Positions 1 to 10,896 of a stretch of DNA of 64,000 nucleotides are shown here, one piece after another. Origin of the DNA: Nageia nagi. Taxonomy: Eukaryota > Plantae > Pinophyta. Made by a program: the position numbers and the translations under genes. The notes below the pieces were generated by a model. The model was given only the letters and a program-made list of their open reading frames with translations. It did no database searches and was not told where the DNA came from. Position 1 is the stretch's first letter; the number at the start of each line of letters is the position of its first letter. The stretch is taken from the NCBI GenBank assembly GCA_050084985.1, contig JBITNC010000002.1, positions 9,114,001-9,178,000 of the forward strand. Direction: 5' to 3'.

Positions 1-866
1 TTTGGGAGTGCCAACTGATTTTTTTCAGAAAACTGGTAAAAAAATCGAAATTAATTGGCAAAAAATCAGTAAAATTCAGAAAATTAACCCAAATCACATA
101 AAAGAATTGGGATTAATTGCTGAATTGACCCATTTTGACAACTATGATTCTGAACAACACTTCATATCCATTACAAAGTGATTCTGAAAAATACTTCACT
201 ACCTATTACAAAGTAATTCTAAATAATATTTATATGTTCAGAAATTCCCATTCCTTATTGAAGTTTTTCTTCTCAGTTTTTAGTTTTTGGTTTAACTTCA
301 TTTTCTATGAGAGAATATAATAGACCCCATTCCTTTTTCCTTTTATCATCCTTTCATCTTTCATATTAAAAAATGATATTTATTATTAATTTATTTATTT
401 AGGTTATATATTTATTATTAAGATTATCAATTGTATGTGAATATTTCAAATATATTTATGAGCACCCTTTTGATCCTTCAACTCTTATGATGAATTTTTC
501 CCCTTCTTTTTACTTACAAGATTTAATTGATGACCATTAACATATCAAATATTATTTTTAGATAAAAAGGAATAAACTTAACATTCAAATGCTATATTTT
601 TTGAGGCTGTAACAAAGAGGCATTATGCCTACCTCCTCCTTTCAATCCATCATAAAACGATGGTAAACTCAAAAAGAAACTATTTCCTATTGTTTTTGAA
701 AGAAAGCATCTTGTATTCCCGCCAAAGAAATAAGAAAGTTACATGAAGGGTCTTCTATATTTATTTGGGTTCCCATCAGGGTTTTAGTCTTCTATGTTTA
801 TTTCCAGAGTACATGAAGGTGTTCTCTTCTATAGCTATACTTATGTTCTAAATTCATTCTTTGCAG

Positions 867-1769
867 GTTCCGAGTATAACAAGTCATTCAATTCTCAATA
901 TTGCAGAAGTGCAAAATTCAATGCAGAGCCTCGTTCTAGCTTATATAGGCAGAAGGCACGGATTGTTTGGATAAGATCTTTGAAGGATCGACTTCCAGTG
1001 GCCATATCTTTAGCTGTTTTGTTCTTGGCTTGCCATATTGCTAGGGAAGCTATTCTACCAACGGACATAATAAAATGGGTGCTGGAAGGAAAAATTCCTT
1101 ATTTGGCTGCTTTTGTTGACATTGAAAAATTGTTCAGTTCAACTTCAAAAGCATGTCCAGTGGGTATAAAATTCATGTTTAGGCCTAGCCGTGTTCTTGG
1201 AGCACGACAACTGGAGTTAATGTCTGGATGTCTTGCTAAACGTATTTGTCTACAGCTTCCTCCTGTAAATTTTCATTCAATTTCCTGCCGATTTGTCAAA
1301 CAATTAGGCCTACCAGCAGATAAGTTTTTTCCTGCTTTATCACGCATGCATGAATGGTCATTGCCTCCTGGTTTATGGTTGTCAGCAGATAATAATACCT
1401 TACCAACTCGTTTGTATGTAATGAGTATGTTGGTTGTAGTTATAAGGATATTATATAACATTCATGGCCAAGGTTACTACGAAAAGAGCATGTCAACGGT
1501 CACATTTGCTTCTAGCTGTTCCACTGAAGTCTGTAATGAGGAACTCTCAAAGTGTAAGCTGGATAAACCATGCAGATTATCTGCCCCTTGTGTGAATAAT
1601 GGCAATATTGAAAATAGTTGTTTTTCCATACATTCAATTGCAAATTCATCTGGAGATATTCTTTCTAGTTCAACTGGGAGCATGACAGAATTTCAGGAAC
1701 ATGAGCTTGATGCTGCAGCTATGTTGCAGAAACTTGAATCCTGGCACCAAACTAATAATGATCAATTTG
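867..1769 (+). CDS. TAF1B: TAF1B / Rrn7-like RNA Pol I TBP-associated factor B (MEE12 homologue), internal exon
   Basis: Part of ORF 794..1783, with plant TAF1B-like motifs SLAVLFLACHIAREAILPTDIIKWVLEGKIPYLAAF, LQLPPVNF, LPTRLYVMSMLVVVIRILYNIHG. Acceptor TTGCAG ends at 866; donor G|GTGGGT at 1770 (phase 1). Upstream exons lie outside the window. Confidence 0.9.
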
Positions 1770-2773
1770 GTGGGTGCTTATAGTTCTATTGCTTTATCTC
1801 TTTTGTTAAGATCCTCAATTTCGTTCTGTGATTCCTCCAAGGACCTGGAGTATAAAACTATTGCACATACTTCGTACCATTTTTAATGTTGTAATAGTCA
1901 TGTTGGGCCTGTAAAACATTATTGCAGATAAGGAAGTGTGTGTATCCGTGAATAAGATTGTTGGTTTGGAAATATAGTAGTTGCTGTACTGTGCTTTTAG
2001 CAGTTTCTGTCGACTTACATTGCATTAGCATTTACCATTGGACTAACAAAATTATTCTTCTCAATTTAAAACTCAGCCATTTTATGATCAAGGCTGTAAG
2101 ATAACAGCTTGCCACTTTTTCCAGATGCAGATTTCAGTTGCAAGAAGTGAGTCTGATCTAATTGTTGACGTAGTTGTTAATATCTCCATGCTCATTTTGT
2201 CTGCGCATTAAAAACTATAATTTTATTCTATGGGCACGTATTAATCAGTTCTATCTGCTATGGTGTGTTCTCCCAAATGATATCACAGGAGCTTGGTCCA
2301 TCACATTGACAAACTACTAGAGTTTTTTCTTGTCTTTTGCTTTCTAATTTGAAATTTTTTTTTGAAATGCCCTTGACACTGTGTTCACTGCAAACTTTGA
2401 TGGAGTTTCCTTCTTCGTAGTGCCCTTTCCCCACAGGGGCTATGTTCTGAGCTCTGTCCCCTGAAAGAATGTGAATAAAAGACATGACGGCAAGTGCAAG
2501 TTTCGGCTAACTTTGGCTAGATATACCCATTATTCTTGGTTGGATTTTTGTTTTCTCTACTTTGTTTGCTTCTCTTTCAAACTCTTGCTCTTAGCATAGT
2601 TTCTTTCTAATGTTCTTTCAAAAGCAGTTGTCATTGAATTATGCTGTTTATGTCTGACATTGAGTAAACATTTTTTCCATTGTTTCAGCAAACAGTAAGT
2701 GGGATGATGATTCTAGCCTAAATTATCATTGTTACAAACTGATATATTACAATAAATTCATTGTTCATGTTAG

Positions 2774-2904
2774 ATTATGGAAAGGATCTGACAACATATT
2801 TGAAGTACTGCAAAGATGTGATTTTTGCTGGTTCAAAGATGTCACATGACGAGGAGGCCTTGGTTAAACATTTCTGGCAATTGTATGAGAAACTTGAAAA
2901 GGAG
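2774..2904 (+). CDS. TAF1B: TAF1B exon (not in the ORF track)
   Basis: TTAG| acceptor at 2773 and GAG|GTAATG donor at 2905. Phase 1 matches the previous exon. Reads DYGKDLTTYLKYCKDVIFAGSKMSHDEEALVKHFWQLYEKLEKE, matching the conserved plant TAF1B Y.KDL..YL.YCKDV.FAG block. Confidence 0.9.
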
Positions 2905-3846
2905 GTAATGAAACTTAGCATGTGCTAATTTTTATCTTATGATTATTTAAATTTAAAGTAGAAGTAAGTTTTTTTCTTCCTGTTAATTTGTTTGATTGTC
3001 AAAAGCATTCTGGCTATTACATGATTTCAAATTAGGTACATGTCATACTGTGTAGGTTTACAAGAATGCTTAAAAACATTTAAAATGGTATTCCTTATCA
3101 GAATTGTAATATATTTTCTCTTTGTACTCTTACTTTAGATTAGTGTGCTGTAAATACTTCAGGACTTCAAAACATGTTTCTTGTCCATTTACTTGTTTTA
3201 CATGCTAGCAAATAAGTGTTGTCAAAGCTAAATATCAGCTGATTGTATCTACTATCTACTCACAGTGGCTTGTGCCTTGTATAGCTTCTCTCATCCTGCT
3301 AATTGCTTTTGTTTTGATGATTGATTTTTGTAATATAATCATGCAATTTCAGAGCAGGTAAATTTGTGGATACATAGCTTCTTGGGAAAAAATGCAAATT
3401 TTTTTTACCATAGATACTAATGCTAAGATAGAAAACTGCGAAGCAGTCGGGGCTCTGAAATTTATATTTCATTCTTGATAATGTAATACTTTTTGATATA
3501 TTTTATGGAAAAAAATGTTTTCTATATATAAATTGTTTTGACATTGTCATAAAATCAAGACCATAGTGGATGGTGTTGTGACGAAAACACAACATGCCCC
3601 AAAATCCTGCGATTTTGGGGACCCTCAACATGTCATGTATATACTGTGTTCTGGCGTTGTCTTGTGCCACCCAAGTTGTGTAACAAAGACCCAGATTCAT
3701 GGATAAATCCCTCTTTGGTTCTAGCCTTGTTCTTCATCTAGGGTTAGTCATGCTAGGTTAGAAAGTTTGAAATTCCAAAAAATGGCTAAGTTTGGAAGAG
3801 CATAAAGTCGATTTTAGGCAAACTGGGGGGTCTAGGAAGAGTCGGA

Positions 3847-4808
3847 GCATGTTTCAAAAAGACAAAATCTTGTCTTTTGAAACCATGTGACCAGGCTTGG
3901 AGGCCGTCCATACAGGAAGAGAGGCTTGAAGACAGAATCTAGGTACTTGCAAGCCCAACGCATGCCTCCAAGAGACGAAATCTTGTCTTTTCTTGGCAAC
4001 ACCAAATACAGGATGCGGATTGGAGTAGAAAGGAGCATGAAAAATCTAAGGCAAAGGCACAAGAAGGCTGGCGCATGCTTCAAGAAGACAAAATCTTGTC
4101 TTTTTGAACCATGCGACTTGGCCAAGAGAACAAGTTGAGCAAGTTGGAAGGTCGGAAAGTGAACGTTGTTAGGCTCCTAGGAGGCTGGCGTATGCCTCAA
4201 AAAGACAAAATCTTGTCTTTTTGAACCATGTCCCAAACCTAGAAGGGCTTCCAATTCGAGCGAAGGTGAAAATTTTGACAAGTCGAGAACCCATGAAACC
4301 CAAGACCAACTCAAGCATACCTAGAGGGGCTGTCGCATGATCTCAAAAAGACAATTCTTACTTTTTGAGGCATACGCCAAGCCCAGAAAGTCTTCAGGAT
4401 CTGAGAAAGACAAAAATTTGGCTAAGTTATAGCACTTAAGGATCAAATTCCAAAAATTAAGCCATTTGGAGGTTGGCGCATGCTTCAAAAAGACAAAATA
4501 TTGTCTTTTTGAACCATGCAACCAGGCTAGATGGGCAGGCAAGGCTAGCGCATGCCTCAAAAAGTTACAAACTTGACTTTTGGAAACATGCGCCAAGCCC
4601 ACAGGTTGCCTAGGTTGAGATGAAAGATCAAAATTGATAAGTCCAACCGATAGAGAGGCTAAAAATCAGGAGAAATCAGGTTACTGGGTGAGTTTGGTGA
4701 TCAAGGCAAGCAAACATATAGGTAGGAGAACCAACATTGGAGGCATACTCATCCCCAAGGCTAGTGCATGGTTCAAAAAGTCATAATTTTGTCTTTTTTT
4801 TTTCATGT
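3847..4808. repeat. Array of eight ~42-bp palindromes with divergent spacers
   Basis: Consensus GCATGCTTCAAAAAGACAA-AATC-TTGTCTTTTTGAACCATGC; copies start at 3847, 3960, 4073, 4190, 4335, 4478, 4550, 4766. Confidence 0.92.
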
Positions 4809-4967
4809 GCCAAGCCAGATTGACCGTCAAAACCCAAACGGTTGGGCACAGGTGGCTTTGTGTGAGTTTTTGGGCTAGCACACATCTCGAGGTCGGCTAG
4901 ACGGATGATTAAGATTGTGTCTGTCAGTAACCCTAGCCAACTAGGGCAAGTTGGAAGCTAAATGGGC

Positions 4968-4975
4968 TATAAATA
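4968..4975 (+). promoter_or_regulatory. TATA box of the embedded ORF
   Basis: CTATAAATA followed by a pyrimidine-rich leader, ~225 bp upstream of ATG 5198. Confidence 0.6.
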
Positions 4976-5197
4976 CAGGCCTAGGGACCTCATATTCTCA
5001 AATTCAAAACTTGCTCCTCTTCTGCTTTCGCACCAAGATAGCAACAAATTACAGATTTTTGTGCTTGAACATTATCATTCGTGCATCCTAGGGCTTGCAC
5101 AAGCACTTGAGAGGCTAGCTACCGCCACATGGCATCTTGTCCGCTTGGAAACCCACGCACAACCCTTGAGGAGCAACACTACAAGCAAGAACACACC

Positions 5198-8100
5198 ATG
5201 ACATCCTCTAAGGGTAATTCAGCTTCTGACTTCGCTAGGGACCTCAAACGGTTGAAACAGGATTCCGTCATCTCCATTTGTGAGAGACAACAAGCCCTTC
5301 CCCAAGGGGCCAAATTCTCGAGGAACAGTTTTGCAACCATCGGAGATACAGATTGGCAAAACGTTGACCCTATGCAGATGAGGGAGAGCATTCGGGGCAT
5401 TCCTACAACTGACCTGAAGTAGGACATTGTCTTCTTCTCCAGACTCCACTTGCGCATTCGTCCCATTCACAACTCCATTCCTTGAATTGTGCATGGAAGT
5501 CAGTCACCACTAGTAGAAGGGAGAGAGAGTCATTTGAGATATCAGAGGAAACATCACTATGGACTTCCATCCCGAAGCTATCAACGCAACATTTTAGTAG
5601 ACTTCTGAGGGTGATTATGAGTATAGCGAGGCTAGGTCACTAGCATGCTACAAGGAGACTCCCAGGGCAGCCATCGCTATCAAGAGCTGGATGCTGGAAG
5701 AGCATCATGGATTGAAGGGAAATGCGCTCATCAACGCTCCTCACATCGACTTTCATCTTGCAATCGAGTTGATGATCCTTATGCTATCCAGGGTCCTCAG
5801 GAAAGAAGATGCTTCAAAGTTCAGGAAGGAATTCTTCGGGTTCATCCTTGAGATAGCTAGAGGAAGAAGGATCCTATGGAGCAAGGTGTTAAGCGACACC
5901 ATAGCTGATCAATTGTCGTCCATAGGCACCACTTGCAAATTCTACCTTAATTCATACTTGGTGTACATGTTGCTTCACGGCAAGTACAAAGCTATAGCGC
6001 AAGGTGAGACGACTTGGATAAAAAGGGAGACGTATTCCATCTGGAGGTGTTACCCAAAATGGAAGTTAAAGAGAAGGTGGGATAATTTTGTGATGAAAAA
6101 CAATGGATGAGAGTACAAAAATATACAAGAAGTTTAAGGGAGAGATCACGGTTGCTCGGATCTCCAATTCAGCCTAAGACACTTTGAAGAAGCACAAGGA
6201 CTTTTTCCTCCATCACCAACACTTCTCCTACATTCGTATACATGGATCAATCATACAACCCTATCAGTTGCCAAGGTTCGTGAGCAACAGGATATTGTTA
6301 ATGGAGATGATGAGGCAATTGGCCTTTCTACACGAACAGGTATGGCAGAAGAAATCGACCATGCCCAATCTCTTGATTGCCGTGGGAGAGTATCAGTGTA
6401 AGTTCTGGATAGATGTGGATACCATGAAAGAAGAGTTGGCTAGATATACCTCTAGGAAGATGTCGACAGCCGACCATTATGATCCAAATCACAAGATGCA
6501 CTCATTCTTCATGAAAGAAATGAAGAAACCTTATGAGCATAAACCAATTGTAGACGAGGAGCCTTTCTCGGAATATTAGCAATGAGGTAGAAATGAAGAA
6601 GATAAGGGAAAGGGTACATAAGGATGCCAATGATCAGCAACACTGTGTGGAAGCTACAATCAACAAGAGACTCTGGCAACACCAGGGAAGAAGACCTCAA
6701 GAGTCTACTTCTAGGGTCACACAATTCCCTCCAGTAGGTGAGATACCAGTTGGACAATATGCATCCGTGCATGGCAAGAATCCAGTCAAGTAAGTTGTAC
6801 AACAGGTACAAGCCACTATGGATGAGCATGACGCAAGGGAGTTAGAGCATGTGGCTACAAACAAGGTAGTGAGATGTGTGAGAAATAGACATTAGGATCC
6901 TTCTCCGCCACCTATACCACCTAGAGCCACAAGAGTTGTGCCTTCACTTGTTGTTCCACCATTCGCGTCGTCAGCTTCCAGTCCATCATACTAGCCTGAT
7001 GAAAATCAAGAGGAAGGGGAGGTTGAAAAATCACAAGATGAACAAGAAGTGAATGCAACCTAGGAGGAGAAGATCCCAGATGCACAATAGTAGGATGAGT
7101 TTGTAGAGATATTGGGAGGGACCCATAAGCCAGTAACATCAGAGCCATCTATAGGGAAGGACATGGACCTAGTGTCGGAGATAGTACAGAAGGGAGCTCG
7201 ATTGAAGAGAACTCCGCAGTCACAGGCCATAGAAGCTCCAGGTGAATATGATGAGCAAGGAGAGAGATTCTTTAAGAGACTAAAGAGAAGTATTGTTACT
7301 GTTCATGAGGCCCTTGTGGACACTTATCAGCCATCATCTACGAATGAGTGGGGTGTCGACATGGAGGAGTGTCTTGATGTATTTAACATGAATGTCGGGG
7401 AGGAGTTTGAAGCGAAAGAGAAGAGTGATCATCATGGAGAGAGCTCCACTCGTTCAGGGAAGACCCAGACATATGTGCATTTAGTTGATAATGCCATACA
7501 CATCAAGATCATAATAGCTAATAAGGAGAATCCACAACGTCCCAAAGATCTCAAGTAGATCAACCAAATCATCAACACAGGTTCGATTGGTTTGGTTGGC
7601 CGGAAACATGCAATCATCTCCAACGCGAAGGCTATCACCAAGGATGTTATGATGAAAGACAAGGAGATCAAAAGCCTCAAGAAGGAGTTAGATGCATAGA
7701 AGAAGTTGACTAAAGAGTTAGAATTAGCTAAGGTACCCATAGAGGAGCTTCGAAAGATTAAACCGCTCAAGGAGGGTATGATTGCAGTTAAACAAAAGCA
7801 TATAGATGAGGTCTTTATAGGAGTACAATAGTTTACCAGGGCATTCGAAGAGCAAAAGCTCAAGGACATCGTCGTGAAGAGAACCAATTTTCTCAGGATT
7901 TTGGATTTTAGACGGCTTATGATCATGTAGTTTGAGATGACATGGAATCAGAGGCCAGAAGATGTGAAGTTTTGTGAAGAATATTGGTTCTATTTGGTTG
8001 TGGTTAACCAAATAGCCACCCAATTCCAGGAGGTGCAAAAGGATGTTTCGAAGCTCAACAAGGAAAACACTTATCTTGAACAGATGGAGTTCCAGGTGAA

Positions 8101-8407
8101 GTTTCTTGACGATGATGCGTCCATCTGGGACAAAGACCTTGTAGTGGCGGAAGTGAGGTACTTCCTTCACAATTTGATCATGACTGAAGACATCAATACT
8201 TTCCAAACTGGTAGTCGCTTGGCGCATTTGCTCAAAGCTTACACGCGGAAAAAAGATATGCTTAGGATTGTGGAGAAGGTAGAGCACAGCGCGGTGAAGA
8301 ATGGGCCAAAACTCTTCGAGATGCTGCATGGATTGGAGCTTACGGCCAAATTCTTGGATGATGACTTTAAGGGACGTGTTGAGGCGTTGGGCCCACCAAC
8401 TGCCTAG
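5198..8407 (+). pseudogene. Decayed ~1,070-codon TE accessory ORF (N-terminal Transposase_32-like region by inference; C-terminal coiled coil)
   Basis: Colinear + strand fragments 5129..5422, 5691..6110, 6184..6579, 6593..6793, 7112..7558, 7937..8407, broken by stops and frameshifts. Motifs RGRRILWSKVLSDTIADQL, FYLNSYLVYML, YIRIHG..QPYQLPRF..EMMRQL; K/E-rich heptads from ~7640. Confidence 0.75.
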
Positions 8408-8622
8408 TCATATTATTTGTTTTTTTATCATATTTCATACTTATTTTGGAGAAATTTTACTTTAATTGTGAATAAATTCTTGAGTTTGTGATGGATGAGG
8501 ATTTGCTCCCACAAACTTGGATGACATCTTGTAATATCATATGGCGTATTTTTGTTGGACCATACTTTATTTCTTGGAAATTGCAATTAGGGTTAGGGCA
8601 ACACTTAGGGTTGCTCCAAAAC

Positions 8623-8630
8623 TATATATA
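8623..8630 (+). promoter_or_regulatory. Second TATA, likely the canonical LTR promoter
   Basis: CTATATATAG preceded by TTAGGG/telo-box-like motifs (~8587-8610), ~750 bp from the CAACA end. Confidence 0.5.
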
Positions 8631-10896
8631 GCCCATTTGGGCTCATTTGTAGGGGATCAAACATGTTTTTGCAGATTGGGCTACTTACATAATTCTTTCA
8701 ATTTTGCAAGTTTTCCCTTTTTGCAATTGTGATATAATTCCAAGAAATTGAAGTGAGCTTGTTTCATTTGGGACTATGAAAGTGAATGAGTGTTACATTT
8801 TTATGCTATCTTGAGTATTTGGGACATTTTATAAACCTTGTTGGTGGATAAAAGAATGTTTGTATATTCTTCGAAATGTTTCAAGAAGTGTTTGATTGTA
8901 AAGTTTCATAGTTTGCATAAGGGACGTTCGTTGTCACCTTTCAAGTTGGATTTGGGGTGCATGGAACCTATGCCAAACCTGCACAAGTTCGGTCTTAGAT
9001 GGTCATACTAATTGGTGAGAACATTTCCCTAGAGCTGAATTCATATATCACCGTCTTGTCACAACCCTTTTTCTTTATTTTCTATTTCTTAGCACGGCTT
9101 TCGCAATAGACCTTTTTTCTTTTTCTTTGAGAAACAACCTTTCCTGGATTAGGACACTTCATTTCCTTGACTAACAAATTTCATTTGAGTTGGTGATAGC
9201 TTCAAACATCTCCACCTTATCACCTGAGTGAACCCTTGCACCCTCCATTTTCAAACCTTTGAGGTACAAGTCCTCATAGCGGGTAGGAGTCACACCCTAC
9301 CACTTAGGTGTTGGAGTCTTTCCAAAGGCCTTGTGATACCATTTGCCAATCAGCAAGGGTAGGAAAGAAAAAGCCCCCAACAGATGGCAGCCAATATGAA
9401 GCGTCTATGATTCCATCATTGGTGTAAGCTTCTTTTAACACTGTTACCAATTTGTCTTTTTATGACCTCTTTCAGCATTCATATTTCCTCCCTAATAGCA
9501 GTCTGAGACCCCACGGACTTCCAAAGATAACTATTAAGATTGTTTAATATGACCTTCTATGCTGTTTGTCACATGGGTGTTGTGCATTTGTTGAGGACTG
9601 ATTCTGCAATTCCTTTCAAATGTGAATTTCACTTTTTTTGTTGGTTTGTCAATTTGGCAATCTCAAACTAAGGCTTTTGCAGTAGCAACCATACCTAGAA
9701 GTTGGAACCATTTGTTTTGAGCAAGGCAACAAGATTGGGCCTATTGCATATAGATCAACATGTATCAATGTGTGAATATTCTTGCAACCATACCTAGAAC
9801 CATTTCTTTAGTGCATTCATATATTTATGTAACATGAATCGGTGATGCCATTATTTCTAAGAAATAATTTCTCCCTTACCCTGTAAATATCAGGAAGCCT
9901 GCGAAGAAGCTTTGGTTGAGCATAATGATAAAATAAATGTTACGCTGAATTCTAGCTTGAGACATCACAGAACCTGGTTTTCTTATAATTTGGTGGAGTG
10001 TTTCACCCTTTTCTTCTTCTTTAGCTTCTTTGTTGTTTATTGGTTTACTTTCGAGTAGACTTCTGAATGGGCAATATCTTTCTGGCATTGATCTGCACAG
10101 GATGGGTTCACTTCATATTTGTTAACGATGATGACTCCAACTCGCGGTGGGTCCATCGCTGATTGCTCCAGATTGTAAATACACTGTCGCCAACCTTTCC
10201 ACAGTTGGAGATTGTTTGAAGATTTATACCAGGCTGTCCACAGCCGCATTGTATTGAATGCATAGACTAATCCATGTTGTCTATACCTGGATTGCTATTG
10301 TAAACAGTTGCAGAATTGCAATTATAAATACATGTATTGAGTGTTTGATTAATACAATAAAACCTCTGTTTTTCCTCTTGCAATTCTCTTTCTTGTCCTA
10401 ACAGTGGTACCAGAGCCAGTTGTTGTGAGGTCTTGGCGAGAGAGATTGAGCTGGGAGGAGAGAAGGCGGATCGTTTGGACCCAGCCCCGTTGGGAAGTTG
10501 TGTAGTGAGCACCTTGAGAGAGTCGGCTCTAGATGCCAAGATGGCTGGTGTGGCCATGGGGCGTGAGTATTGAGCGGCTGTTGGGTGTGAGCAGATCCGG
10601 GCAGAGGAGTGTGCATGCAAATCAGAGTGAGTGTCTGGTGGCTTAGACATGTGCTCCTTTCCAGGGTTGTTGTGCTGCATTGTGAGAGGAATGTTGCATG
10701 GGCAAGGGTGCTTGCCATTGAATGCTGAGTGCGCAGAGGTCTGTGTAGAAACGCAAGGAATGGACTTTGGGGCAGATTGGCATGAACAGATCTCCCTATC
10801 CTGCTCGCTGTTGGATGTGTTCTGGAAAGCAATCTGAGCTGTGGACATTCATGTTCTGTTGTTGTGTTCTGATTAGACACAATAGCGTTGATAGTG

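Larger units (their letters stand above)
3574..9382 (+). mobile_element. 5.8-kb solo-LTR-like element with embedded gene
   Basis: Starts TGTTG, ends CAACA; perfect 5-bp TSD GATGG (3569-3573 / 9383-9387). No internal direct repeat of its ends and no PBS or gag/pol motifs seen. Confidence 0.8.

Noticed and set aside
794-866. N-terminus of ORF 794..1783 as the gene start
   Set aside because: Lies upstream of a TTGCAG acceptor in T-rich intron sequence; the TAF1B N-terminal zinc ribbon is absent, so this is an internal exon.
3832-4881. ORFs over the palindrome array, and a true CRISPR call
   Set aside because: The peptides are translations of the repeat on both strands. Eukaryotic TE context, no cas genes, and spacer lengths are too variable for CRISPR.
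7432-8329. 164-aa and 201-aa minus-strand ORFs
   Set aside because: Shadow frames of the + strand coiled-coil region.
10267-10880. 193-aa and 160-aa minus-strand ORFs
   Set aside because: Antisense to the G-rich Copia leader and crossing the PBS/LTR boundary; no recognisable motifs.
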